Sequence record: MW394391.1
From: Klebsiella phage vB_KpM_FBKp24
Strand: one strand, 5' to 3'
DNA: 64,000 bases
The first letter of the stretch is position 1. Each line of letters opens with the position of its first letter. Both the position numbers and the translations under genes were made by a program. The notes under the pieces are model-generated. The model ran no database searches and had not been told where the DNA came from. It saw only the letters and a program-made list of their open reading frames with translations. Of the stretch, positions 26,025 to 34,877 are shown one piece after another.

Positions 26025-27412
26025 ACCGACACCTCTATTTTAATCGCAGGGTGGTGTTTGTATTCCGTGAAGACGAAGTCCTCAAAGGTGAGTTCAAATA
26101 ATCCTTTCTTTGGAACGACCACCGCCGAATCGTAATAGTGCTCAGAACGAACAAAACATTCTACTGGTTTATACGGCTCACGAGTAAGCTGTAATTTCAC
26201 TTCCTCGATCTGGTTAAGGTAGATATGGACGTTAGTCAGATTACCAACCAACTGTTTTGGCGCCATCCCCAACTCATGGGCAAAGGCCAGTAACATGAAT
26301 GCGTAGAACGCCTGGTTATACGGTTCGCCGACGGGTAAGTCCACGGAACGCATTGAGTACTTAAGACTCAACCACTGCGTAGGGACATGATTCTCAGTGA
26401 GCCACTCCGCTTTACGTTCTGCCGACATCTTAGGTTGATTACAATGTTCTTCTGCGTAGCAGTCGGACATGTGATCTTCCCAGAGATCCTGGAAGTACGG
26501 GTTAGCGTTATTCGCGCACCAATCCAAACGCTCGCGCAGCGTCATCTCTTCCACGTAGAACTCTACGAGGAAATGACAGGGAGTGAGGCACGGTTTTCCG
26601 TTGATAACGTTTTCCTGCGGTGTCACCTTTACCGTCTTAGTTCGCGGTACCCCGTGACTGGCCAGAAAATCTTCGCAGTTATCGGTCTTACCGTGATCTT
26701 CCAGGCGCGGCCAGAAGATCGCATAAAGGTCCGGGCTGTGGGTTTTTAAATGTTCCCACATCTCGTCATTAGTGAGAGTAACTTCTTTCGTTTCCTCTGG
26801 CATCCAGAGTGGGTTCCACGCCGAGATGAGAATCCGGCGGGATTCTGGATTGTTCCGCAGCAGGTCTAAAACATATGCGACTTGATCAACGCCTTTCTTC
26901 TTAAGCGGGTCTTCCGAGAAGTTTCGCCAGGCGCTACCATACGGCGCATTCAGATCATTTACGTGATGTGCGATTACCGAGCGCGTACGCGGTACGTTAT
27001 GCGAATCCAACCACACGTGACCCTCTTCGACTGGGCGAATAGAGATCTTCTTACTGAAGAACTCGATGTACGCATCTTCGTTGTTTTCTTCCAGCCAACG
27101 CAAACGCTCGTAATTCTCCAACTCCACTTCCGTAGAGACGTTTTCCTTCAACCGCCACGGCGCCCAGAAATCCCCTTTCCCGTCCTCGGTGATCATCGAC
27201 TCCATATGGAGCTCACCATTAAGGATAGAACGGAACTCTCGCCAAGCCAGTTTACGAGAAACAAACTTTGTGGTGAGTAACGGGAACTCACCTTTTGATA
27301 GATCGTATTTTAATCTGGCATCAAAAATACCGATAGTCCCTGTCCCGGTACGATCGCCGCGCACTCGTCCTGTTTCCAAGACTTCCTGGAGTAATTCAAG
27401 GTATTGTTTCAT
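26021..27412 (-). CDS. thyA: thymidylate synthase family protein (ThyA or dUMP hydroxymethylase-like), 463 aa with three internal insertions
   Basis: MKQYLELLQ..GDRTGTGT..FPLLTTK, RRILISAWNP, catalytic PCHFLVEFYV, and LSLKYSMRSVDLPVGEPYNQAFYAFML...NVHIYLNQ all align with ThyA; about 180 extra residues sit in three blocks. Confidence 0.9.
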   Translation of the reverse strand: MKQYLELLQEVLETGRVRGDRTGTGTIGIFDARLKYDLSKGEFPLLTTKFVSRKLAWREFRSILNGELHMESMITEDGKGDFWAPWRLKENVSTEVELENYERLRWLEENNEDAYIEFFSKKISIRPVEEGHVWLDSHNVPRTRSVIAHHVNDLNAPYGSAWRNFSEDPLKKKGVDQVAYVLDLLRNNPESRRILISAWNPLWMPEETKEVTLTNDEMWEHLKTHSPDLYAIFWPRLEDHGKTDNCEDFLASHGVPRTKTVKVTPQENVINGKPCLTPCHFLVEFYVEEMTLRERLDWCANNANPYFQDLWEDHMSDCYAEEHCNQPKMSAERKAEWLTENHVPTQWLSLKYSMRSVDLPVGEPYNQAFYAFMLLAFAHELGMAPKQLVGNLTNVHIYLNQIEEVKLQLTREPYKPVECFVRSEHYYDSAVVVPKKGLFELTFEDFVFTEYKHHPAIKIEVSV

Positions 27413-27642
27413 TTATTCTCATTCTCCCCTATTTCAGTTAATTTCAACATCAAGTTATTGCGTGCGTTTAGCATAGTCTGTGTATTTTTAAAACCTATGC
27501 GCAGTTCACCACCGGAATAGAAGAGAACTTTAAAAAACGCATAATCGTTTCGGTCTTCTGGCCATGCCGGCCCAACAAACTTTATGTCGCTTAGATCAAT
27601 CATAAAACTTTGATCTGTACCATCGAGTATCGTAGTTAACAT
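27409..27642 (-). CDS. hypothetical protein (77 aa)
   Basis: ORF, 4-nt overlap with thyA. Confidence 0.45.
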   Translation of the reverse strand: MLTTILDGTDQSFMIDLSDIKFVGPAWPEDRNDYAFFKVLFYSGGELRIGFKNTQTMLNARNNLMLKLTEIGENENK

Positions 27643-28031
27643 TCACTTTCCTCAGTAAAAATTTTATCGATGTACGGCGTTTTATTGACCCCAACAAATT
27701 CCCCGGTAAACCATCCGTCGGAGAGACGAACGATCTTGTAATAAAACATCCGGTTAAATCGCGTTCCGTTTTTCTTTGTGATCATGTTCGTTATTGCTGC
27801 CGGCAAACAAAAGGCACCAGACATGATCTTTCTTTCGTATCCTTTACCGACCCGGAATCGGAATTCTTCTGTGGTTGTATCAACCTCAAAGTCGATCGAT
27901 GAATACAATTCCGGTTGTAGGTCCCGGAAACCTGCGGAGAGATAACAGCTCCCACCAGGCATTAAGCGAAGGTAAATGCTCTTTTGTTTCAGCGTAAGCT
28001 TGGGAATATTCTCGAGTTTCTCAAAGGGCAT
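27636..28031 (-). CDS. hypothetical protein, paralog of 29723..30133 (start probably Met MPFEKLEN)
   Basis: Shared pattern FRFRVG..Y.R....G.F.LP.A......K......R..Y.....DGW..G.F with ORF 29723..30133. Confidence 0.45.
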   Translation of the reverse strand: MPFEKLENIPKLTLKQKSIYLRLMPGGSCYLSAGFRDLQPELYSSIDFEVDTTTEEFRFRVGKGYERKIMSGAFCLPAAITNMITKKNGTRFNRMFYYKIVRLSDGWFTGEFVGVNKTPYIDKIFTEESEC

Positions 28032-28560
28032 CTGAGTTTGCTCCAAATTGGAAAGGTGAAAAGAAGTTGATAACCATTTCGACCTTTTCTTTGTCAATAA
28101 AGAACTTCCCAACTTCGTTATAGTCTGGGTCAAGGAAGTCGACGAGCCTTTCTTTAAAATACTCGCAAACCACATCGTTTTGTTTCATTTCACTGATGGC
28201 GGAGACTCTCAGTATAACTTCGCCTTCAATCTTGTTGATGTGGTAATTCACGGTGTACCCGCGCAGCGCGGTGTTGATTTCTCCAACATGGAGTGTTTCG
28301 ACGTAGAAGCTAGAATAGCCAAATTGACCATCCCAGTTTTCTTTTAGAACCAGTTCGAATTTCTCCTCGACTCTGCGCAGGATTTGCGTAAAATCTTTTT
28401 CAAGTTCAGGAATTACTTTTCTTTTACGCTCTTCTAATTCATCAACGTAAAGGAAAAGCTCTTTAAACTTATTCCCTCCGCGAGTAGAGAGTTCTTTTTC
28501 TTTTTTCAAAAACCAAAATATTTGATCGAGTTTCATTTTTATTCCTCCGTAATTTATCAA
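28021..28560 (-). CDS. hypothetical protein (179 aa)
   Basis: ORF in gene train. Confidence 0.5.
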   Translation of the reverse strand: MINYGGIKMKLDQIFWFLKKEKELSTRGGNKFKELFLYVDELEERKRKVIPELEKDFTQILRRVEEKFELVLKENWDGQFGYSSFYVETLHVGEINTALRGYTVNYHINKIEGEVILRVSAISEMKQNDVVCEYFKERLVDFLDPDYNEVGKFFIDKEKVEMVINFFSPFQFGANSDAL

Positions 28561-28576
28561 AATAAAACAAGACGGA

Positions 28577-28608
28577 ATAAAAAGAGAGGGGGAGATTCCC
28601 CTCTCTTT
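28577..28608 (-). terminator. intrinsic terminator hairpin
   Basis: agagaggggga-gat-tcccctctct stem-loop followed by a U-run on the minus transcript. Confidence 0.65.
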
Positions 28609-28609
28609 T

Positions 28610-29209
28610 CTATTTACCCGTGCGAGTGTTTACCCAGGAAGACAAATGCTTCAGTTTGTCACGATGAGCGAGTAGCTTGCTCCAGCTTTTCTCGGGTTTG
28701 TTGGTGGAATCTCCAACTACCCTTTGATAGGCGTAGACGATTTGATCGTAAGAAACTTCAGCCGGCATCCCGCCAGTGGCCGTACAGAAGAGAGGCATGA
28801 CAACCTCAGAAATTTTCCTGTCGGGTGTCATCTTATTGAAATAAACAATTTGACAGAATGCAGCGAGGGCCACACGGTAAGCGATATCTTTTTCTTTTGC
28901 GGGGCTAGGAAAACGCATAGTCGGCGCGTAGCACAGCTGTAGATTACCGCCTAAAGAAACAGTAATAGCTTGGCCCACCGGCATTTCTTTACCCCAGAAA
29001 CGCTCGATAGCAAATTGTACTGCATCTTGAGAATCGGGAAATTTATTCGCTATAACTTTGTCGAAGCCGCCATCCATGATCCCGAATGAATTACCTGGCG
29101 TAATAACGCAGTCGTAATCTTTTCCCGGGATCAGCGCATTAAAGTCGCCTTTCTGGTAATGTTGGCGGGGTGAAAGATTTACTCTGTCAACGATCTTTAG
29201 ATTAAACAT
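28610..29209 (-). CDS. macrodomain protein (199 aa), ADP-ribose or ADP-ribose-1''-phosphate binding or processing type
   Basis: DCVITPGNSFGIMDGGFDKVI and VVMPLFCTATGGMPAEV match the macrodomain Gly-rich and catalytic-loop signatures. Confidence 0.75.
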   Translation of the reverse strand: MFNLKIVDRVNLSPRQHYQKGDFNALIPGKDYDCVITPGNSFGIMDGGFDKVIANKFPDSQDAVQFAIERFWGKEMPVGQAITVSLGGNLQLCYAPTMRFPSPAKEKDIAYRVALAAFCQIVYFNKMTPDRKISEVVMPLFCTATGGMPAEVSYDQIVYAYQRVVGDSTNKPEKSWSKLLAHRDKLKHLSSWVNTRTGK

Positions 29210-29213
29210 TTTA

Positions 29214-29699
29214 TTACCTTCCTAGATTAAAGAGTGATTGTAAAGGGCTCAGTAATGGTTTCTTGTAGTTTCGATAGACGATCTCGATTGATAACTTTGC
29301 TCCGGATTTGGAGGTCAAAAGAAGTACATCTGAAATGTATCGGGTTTTCAGGAGCTTCTTCTTCTGATAAATCTCAAGAACTTTCTCGGCTTTCTCGTCG
29401 ATAAGGTAATCGCTATCTAGCCTTACTCGAATTTCTTTCAGTGCATTAGTTCGAATCGCAAGTTGAAAGTCGATAGAGAGTCGAGGCGCTGTCACCTTGA
29501 CAGACCCTTTCTCCCCGATACCGTTCTTCAACTTCTCATGGAAAGCAACGCTGGCTGATTTGTCCCGTAAATATTCGGTGACTTCGTCTATCGTCTTGGA
29601 GATAACAGCGATCAGTGCGATCTCTAGACTTTGGGGTTCTTCTTCCACCGGTTCTTCAAGTGATTGAAACAATTTAGCAAGTGGGTCGGCTGAGGTCAT
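29214..29699 (-). CDS. hypothetical protein (161 aa)
   Basis: ORF in gene train. Confidence 0.5.
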   Translation of the reverse strand: MTSADPLAKLFQSLEEPVEEEPQSLEIALIAVISKTIDEVTEYLRDKSASVAFHEKLKNGIGEKGSVKVTAPRLSIDFQLAIRTNALKEIRVRLDSDYLIDEKAEKVLEIYQKKKLLKTRYISDVLLLTSKSGAKLSIEIVYRNYKKPLLSPLQSLFNLGR

Positions 29700-29722
29700 T
29701 TTTTACTCCTACTTTTATCAGA

Positions 29723-30133
29723 TCAAATCCAACGATCGTTAGGGCGAATAAAGGTTTGGAAAACGCCGTACCACCAACCGTCGTCTTTCAAAACGGGTTG
29801 GAAGTAGGCAGAACGCCGCATTGACCCGACCTGATTTTTCCCTGCAGCAATAATATTCTTGTACCAAATAGTGCGTAGTACTGCACTAGGAAGCTGGAAT
29901 TTCCCGCCCACTAAAGGACGGTCGTAATTTTCCCCTACACGAAAACGAAACCTACCATTGTTAGGCTCGTATTCAAAGTCGATAGTATTGTTTTCCCCCT
30001 CTTCTAATCCCCAGAGAAATGTCTTTGATAATGAACAGTCCGAATCGCGCGACAGTCGAATGTAAGGTACTGTATAGACTTGCTCACGCGGAGTAGAGGT
30101 AGTGGGAGTATATGGTATCTTGATAAAAGGCAT
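29723..30133 (-). CDS. hypothetical protein (136 aa), paralog of 27636..28031
   Basis: Shared sequence pattern with ORF 27636..28031. Confidence 0.5.
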   Translation of the reverse strand: MPFIKIPYTPTTSTPREQVYTVPYIRLSRDSDCSLSKTFLWGLEEGENNTIDFEYEPNNGRFRFRVGENYDRPLVGGKFQLPSAVLRTIWYKNIIAAGKNQVGSMRRSAYFQPVLKDDGWWYGVFQTFIRPNDRWI

Positions 30134-30149
30134 GTAATTCTCCTTGACT

Positions 30150-30187
30150 AAAAAATAAAAGAATAGAGGGGAATTAATTCCCCTCTA
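30150..30187 (-). terminator. intrinsic terminator hairpin
   Basis: tagaggggaatt-aattcccctcta stem-loop followed by UUCUUUUAUUUUUU on the minus transcript. Confidence 0.7.
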
Positions 30188-30192
30188 CGTTA

Positions 30193-30555
30193 TTAGCAGA
30201 CGATCGAATCAACGAACAGTGCGGTATTGCTGCGAGTCGGCTGAATTTGCTTTTCGATGGTCGGGAAGAATTTACCGGCGGCGTTAATGAAAAGAAACGC
30301 GGTGTCTTTCTCGCCGCGACCTACTTTTTCGGCCGATAGAACACTAACCGGGAAAGGAACAACTTTGACTTTATCAATCACTGCCGGACCAAGGTAAAGC
30401 TCGATCATTTCCGCAAACTTTTTACGGGTCGCTGGATCACCGTAAACTTTAATTGTTTTCCCTTTTACCAGGTTATTGAGAATGAACGCTGCGTAGTGAA
30501 GCAGCGCTGTATTGTTGAAAGTACCTGTAACGCGGATCGATTGAATTCGTTTCAT
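30193..30555 (-). CDS. hypothetical protein (start probably Met MKRIQSIRV)
   Basis: ORF; ATGA overlap with upstream gene 30552..31109. Confidence 0.45.
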   Translation of the reverse strand: MKRIQSIRVTGTFNNTALLHYAAFILNNLVKGKTIKVYGDPATRKKFAEMIELYLGPAVIDKVKVVPFPVSVLSAEKVGRGEKDTAFLFINAAGKFFPTIEKQIQPTRSNTALFVDSIVC

Positions 30556-31109
30556 TTCGTGAACACCCAATAAACACTGTAGAAGTTGATCGCATGAATA
30601 CCGGAAGAGAGGGTATCAAGTTCCCCTAGGTCATCAGGGTCAATAAGGTTGACCTTTAACCCTGTCGCCAACAAACGTTTCAGATTGTAAGCCACGGCTG
30701 TCTGAGGAATCCGAAACGTAATCGCTTGTTGGTTTCTGAAGTGACTAACCAAATCGCGAGGGGCATCACCTAAACGTTCTAGATACTTAGCGAACGTTTC
30801 GCCATCTAACCCGTCTAACGACCACTGCCAAACGACACCGTCTGCCGCAACGACAGCCACTCCTTTATAACGATACGGTTTTTGGTATTCTCCCCATTTG
30901 ATACTCTCTGGCTGATAGCAAGAATTGTAATCTGTGATCCTCAGTTCTTCGCCAGGTTCTGCTTCATCGACCATTTCAGCAAAAGCGGGAAGGAGAATAG
31001 TCTCACCGGCAGCGTTTTTAGCATGGGCGACAATTTCACCCTCAGTGAGCCCATAAGCATCAGCTGCGTAAACCCCACGTTCAAACTTCAATTTTATCTG
31101 CTGAGTCAT
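30552..31109 (-). CDS. hypothetical protein (185 aa)
   Basis: ORF, 4-nt overlap with the tpt1/kptA homolog. Confidence 0.5.
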   Translation of the reverse strand: MTQQIKLKFERGVYAADAYGLTEGEIVAHAKNAAGETILLPAFAEMVDEAEPGEELRITDYNSCYQPESIKWGEYQKPYRYKGVAVVAADGVVWQWSLDGLDGETFAKYLERLGDAPRDLVSHFRNQQAITFRIPQTAVAYNLKRLLATGLKVNLIDPDDLGELDTLSSGIHAINFYSVYWVFTK

Positions 31110-31675
31110 TCTTTCTTTTCCTCTATTTTAAAACAGCCAACCGGAACGTGCCTGACTAACCAGACCCCGTTCAACGCTTTGTAGAACACGTAGCCGAGCT
31201 CAATTAATTTCTCGGCATCTACGCTCAGTACCACGAGAGAGCCTTTCTTAGCGTACCGTAAACCCACTAACCGCGCCGTCTCAATGTGATCGGTCAAATG
31301 GACAAACTGACGAGATTGCGGATTGAGTCCGTTCTCAAAAATGCTCTCTAAGTTACCCGATGCGGTACCGTGGTACAAAACCCTAGGAGGGGTCTCTTTG
31401 CTAAAAGACATTTCATTCACTGGGAAAGAATGCCCTTGTACCGCTCTGATTGCCGAAAGGTCTTTGGAAAGACTGAATCGTTTCTTGTCGTCTGTTTCAA
31501 CGACGTACATTAACTCCTCTAAACTGACCTCTTTTTTCTGCTCACTGAAAGCAGCAATAAGATCGTCGAGTTTTACATATCCAAATTCGTCCGGCGTTAA
31601 TTTCAATGCCTGAGGGCGATGACGTAAAACAAAACAGAGCGTTTTAGACAGTTTAATGGGGTCATTCATTAGCAT
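31106..31675 (-). CDS. kptA: RNA 2'-phosphotransferase Tpt1/KptA
   Basis: SKTLCFVLRHRPQALKLTPDEFGYVKLDDL (Arg-His-Arg catalytic cluster), IRAVQGHS, LYHGT, SRQFVHLT match the KptA/Tpt1 signature. Confidence 0.9.
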   Translation of the reverse strand: MLMNDPIKLSKTLCFVLRHRPQALKLTPDEFGYVKLDDLIAAFSEQKKEVSLEELMYVVETDDKKRFSLSKDLSAIRAVQGHSFPVNEMSFSKETPPRVLYHGTASGNLESIFENGLNPQSRQFVHLTDHIETARLVGLRYAKKGSLVVLSVDAEKLIELGYVFYKALNGVWLVRHVPVGCFKIEEKKE

Positions 31676-32180
31676 GAATACTCTTGTTAATGTAAATATT
31701 CCACCCCGGACTCACCCATACTGGAATTTTAAAACCTAAATGGTCTTCTTCTCGATAACCCCAATCTTCCCTTTTAGTAAATGAAAAGAAACGATCGCGA
31801 TCCGCTCTCAACTTATCGTAATAGGCAAACATTTTGTGATCAATTGCCTCTGCTTTATATTTCGCATAGAGCCATTTGCGATACTGCGCTTCCATTTCAT
31901 TGTATTCCACCGGCTCATACCCAGAAAGAATCGTCACACCACCAGTAACATTTTCGGGGTAGCACTGGAGTCCATCCCAAATAGCGGGAAGGGGGATAAA
32001 GTCACCCAGTTCCCAAATATCGAACATGGGTGTCAGAACAGAGCGTGGCTCATCCGGGCAAACACTGAATGTTGCGTTACGGAAAGCGGCTTCTTTATCT
32101 TCAGCGGCAATTAATAACACCGTCGCTTCTTTAGACTCAGGAAGATCGTAAAACTTCTCACTTGCCAGAAAAAGTTTCAT
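31662..32180 (-). CDS. hypothetical protein (172 aa)
   Basis: ORF directly downstream of kptA; possible Rossmann-like fold, unverified. Confidence 0.5.
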   Translation of the reverse strand: MKLFLASEKFYDLPESKEATVLLIAAEDKEAAFRNATFSVCPDEPRSVLTPMFDIWELGDFIPLPAIWDGLQCYPENVTGGVTILSGYEPVEYNEMEAQYRKWLYAKYKAEAIDHKMFAYYDKLRADRDRFFSFTKREDWGYREEDHLGFKIPVWVSPGWNIYINKSIHANE

Positions 32181-32455
32181 TATCGTTCCCCTATTGCGCC
32201 TAGTTCAGTTTTAACCCAACTAAAACAATATTTCCCTTCGTACTGTGTATTCATGAGCGCCTTAGGAGTGGTTTTGGTAGGATCAAAAACACAGACGAAG
32301 ATACGATTGAAACGTTCTTCTCCCTTGTAGATAAATAACCCCTCGCGATTAAAAACTGCGGATACGAACCCTGGTAAAGTTTTAAGAAATTCTAATGCCT
32401 TTTCTTGGTCTTTTTTAAGGTTCCCTGTTGAAAATTCCACATTAATTACTTTCAT
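32180..32455 (-). CDS. hypothetical protein (91 aa)
   Basis: ORF in gene train. Confidence 0.45.
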   Translation of the reverse strand: MKVINVEFSTGNLKKDQEKALEFLKTLPGFVSAVFNREGLFIYKGEERFNRIFVCVFDPTKTTPKALMNTQYEGKYCFSWVKTELGAIGER

Positions 32456-33161
32456 TATTATTCCCCTGTGCAGTTAGACCAAAATAATGACATTTACCTT
32501 GCGCAGCAACTCGGTATTTCTTTGCGTGCGCTGCACCAAGCGCAGTGTAAAACTTGAGATTGCTGATGTAGTCAATATTCCTTTCCGTAAACTCTTCACG
32601 TGTCTGCCCGAACCGAATACCGATCTCTTGGTACAACCCGTTAAAGATATCTTCATCGAGATAAGACATTGCGTAAAGTTGATCGGCGTCCCGAATAATG
32701 CCGAATAAATAACGCATACCGGTACCACCGGGATACTGCGGAAAAGGGTCGTCGAAGTTATAATGCGTGAATCCAACTAATAAAGTGATCATCGCTTTAT
32801 TAGCCGTAGGAAACTCACACCAGAAACCTAATTGCTCAAGTTGCTGTAAAGCGTGCTCGATATTTTTCCAGTCATCTTTCTCTCCCAAATGACAGAAATC
32901 GTGAACTAACCCTGCAATGACGGCTGATTCAAAATCCTTCTCAGAGAGTCCGTAATTTGATGGCTCAAGATTAGAAAGAAGATAACTTGTTAATACACCA
33001 ACGCCAATTAAATGGTGCGTAGAATGATAAGGGCGGTCGACGTTGTGTTTTTCCACCCACTGCATCATTTTACCGTATCGATTAAAGAATTGTCGTCCCC
33101 AGATAGGGTTAAACTCTTCTAACGAATACGCTTCCCAGAAGTTTGAAAATTCACTATTCAT
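32442..33161 (-). CDS. HD-domain metal-dependent phosphohydrolase (239 aa)
   Basis: HSTHHLIGV ... LVHDFCHLG ... IRDADQL give the H..HD..D signature. Confidence 0.7.
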   Translation of the reverse strand: MNSEFSNFWEAYSLEEFNPIWGRQFFNRYGKMMQWVEKHNVDRPYHSTHHLIGVGVLTSYLLSNLEPSNYGLSEKDFESAVIAGLVHDFCHLGEKDDWKNIEHALQQLEQLGFWCEFPTANKAMITLLVGFTHYNFDDPFPQYPGGTGMRYLFGIIRDADQLYAMSYLDEDIFNGLYQEIGIRFGQTREEFTERNIDYISNLKFYTALGAAHAKKYRVAAQGKCHYFGLTAQGNNNESN

Positions 33162-33867
33162 TGCTAACCTCGTAGTAAGCCATATTGACCGCCTTTAACG
33201 TTTTAACGATCATTTCAGAATCAAATATGGTTTGGTTCCAGTTACGGTGAGTGGCGACGTAGAATTCGTGTTCCTCGGGCGTAAACTCAATATAGAAGCT
33301 GTGGTCAGCATCAACAAGGGCGGAAATTTTATTAGTGGCAGCACAGTAGAGAACTTTAGTACCCGCTAACTCAGAAATACGTTTAAGTTTATCCGGGTTA
33401 ATTAAAGGGTGTGCTAAAAACGACTCTACTGTCCCCTTAAACGGGAGAATATTCATTTCGCCGTTAGAGGAGTCCGTCGGTCCCAGGTATTTCCTCACCG
33501 CAATCTGACAATATTCTTCGACCTGATTACAATATACTTCCATCAACTCTTTCGGAACTTCGAAGAGTTTTTTCTCCAGGCGGTCGATTAATCCATTTGT
33601 CATAATCTCGTCGTTGCGAATCAAGACCATCGGAAACCATTTCTGCAATAAACAGAAGAATCGAGGGTCCACTCCATGATTCGTTAAATAACTAACGAAC
33701 TCGGTGGTTCCAATACCTGCTATCCAACCAAAAGGTTTATTAGTACCGGGAGGGATAAAGTCTTCGTCTGACCAAAAAGCGCGAAGATAATGTTGATCGC
33801 GACTGAGAGCCTGAACAAAGAAAGTAAATTCTGGTTTAAGATTTAAGAAACGTTCGATGAGCTGCAT
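33154..33867 (-). CDS. hypothetical protein (237 aa)
   Basis: ORF overlapping the HD gene start, same unit. Confidence 0.5.
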   Translation of the reverse strand: MQLIERFLNLKPEFTFFVQALSRDQHYLRAFWSDEDFIPPGTNKPFGWIAGIGTTEFVSYLTNHGVDPRFFCLLQKWFPMVLIRNDEIMTNGLIDRLEKKLFEVPKELMEVYCNQVEEYCQIAVRKYLGPTDSSNGEMNILPFKGTVESFLAHPLINPDKLKRISELAGTKVLYCAATNKISALVDADHSFYIEFTPEEHEFYVATHRNWNQTIFDSEMIVKTLKAVNMAYYEVSNE

Positions 33868-34355
33868 TAGTTATTCTCCAGATGGATACGAATTTTAAAA
33901 TCAACAAACGGTGTAATCTCTTGTCCATTGAGTAAGAGGGGCGTGGTGTAGTCAGTTATTATTCTAAACGCCCGTAACTCAAAACCAATGATTATGGTGA
34001 AATCAACCACCACACCTTCTCTGAATACAGAGAATGTTTCTCTAGGAACATTCCCTAACCCAGTACTACGGAGAATCATCTCGTTAGTACTTACGAATGT
34101 TGTAGTGATAGGTGAGTCGCTTTCCGGGTCTTTCCATAAACGACTCACCGAAAGGACTTCGATACTGGTAATTCTCTTGTTGTCTGGAACAATATTTTTC
34201 AGTTTGTGGATGCGGTCGTCTGAGATCGTTAAATCGAAGAAAGGGACATCAGCATTTTCAAGTTTTGGGTCGTTCAATAACCTTTGAGTTTCCTTTACTT
34301 TAGCACTATCGCTGAGATTACTAGCCATGATTCTTCGAATATCGTCAAGTAACAT
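33867..34355 (-). CDS. hypothetical protein (162 aa)
   Basis: ORF downstream of promoter-like motif 34387-34412. Confidence 0.5.
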   Translation of the reverse strand: MLLDDIRRIMASNLSDSAKVKETQRLLNDPKLENADVPFFDLTISDDRIHKLKNIVPDNKRITSIEVLSVSRLWKDPESDSPITTTFVSTNEMILRSTGLGNVPRETFSVFREGVVVDFTIIIGFELRAFRIITDYTTPLLLNGQEITPFVDFKIRIHLENN

Positions 34356-34386
34356 TTTGTTCTCCTTTAATTTTCCTCTACATCTA

Positions 34387-34412
34387 AGTGATATAGACTT
34401 GAAAACGAATCG
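34387..34412 (-). promoter_or_regulatory. recurrent promoter-like motif (minus: CGATTCGTTTTCAAGTCTATATCACT)
   Basis: About 35 nt upstream of gene 33867..34355, immediately after terminator 34411-34464. Confidence 0.5.
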
Positions 34413-34464
34413 AAAAAAAAAACAATACAGTAACCTCTCCCTCTGGCCTAGGCCAGAGGGAGAG
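34411..34464 (-). terminator. intrinsic terminator hairpin
   Basis: ctctccctctggcc-taggccagagggagag stem-loop followed by a U10 run on the minus transcript. Confidence 0.75.
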
Positions 34465-34469
34465 TACGG

Positions 34470-34877
34470 TTAAAGTTGTACGCCTAACGCTGCCGCAACG
34501 ACGACCGCAACGAAGATCGAAAGAATACCGGAAAGGATATACCAGACAAACCACAGGCGGGAGTTACCGTTGCGATTCTGGCGCTTGTAAATGTAGACCG
34601 GTGCGATCAACCACCACCAGGCAGACGGAACGAAAGCGCCTTCTTTTTTCAGTGACTCACGGTCGTAGACGAACCACACGGTAAACAACACCAGCGAGAT
34701 CAGCCAGCCGATGGACGGCAGCGCGACCTGAATCGCAGTGAAGATCGGTTGTGAGAAAATGATGAAGAGCATGAAGAACGGCGTCATCAATTGAGGCAGG
34801 GTGCCTTTCTTGAAGAAGATGTGGCCGTTGTTATCGCGGAATTGATTATCGTTCAAATTGATGGTATCGGTAGACAT
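34470..34877 (-). CDS. multi-pass membrane protein (135 aa)
   Basis: Three or four hydrophobic helices; own promoter-like motif upstream and terminator downstream. Confidence 0.55.
   Translation of the reverse strand: MSTDTINLNDNQFRDNNGHIFFKKGTLPQLMTPFFMLFIIFSQPIFTAIQVALPSIGWLISLVLFTVWFVYDRESLKKEGAFVPSAWWWLIAPVYIYKRQNRNGNSRLWFVWYILSGILSIFVAVVVAAALGVQL

Noticed and set aside
26021-27412. Intein or group-I intron explanation for the oversized thyA
   Set aside because: The ORF is continuous, so this is not an intron as in T4 td. The inserted blocks lack intein splicing signatures (an N-terminal Cys/Ser block, HN C-terminus) and endonuclease motifs (LAGLIDADG, HNH, GIY-YIG). They are better described as in-frame insertions.
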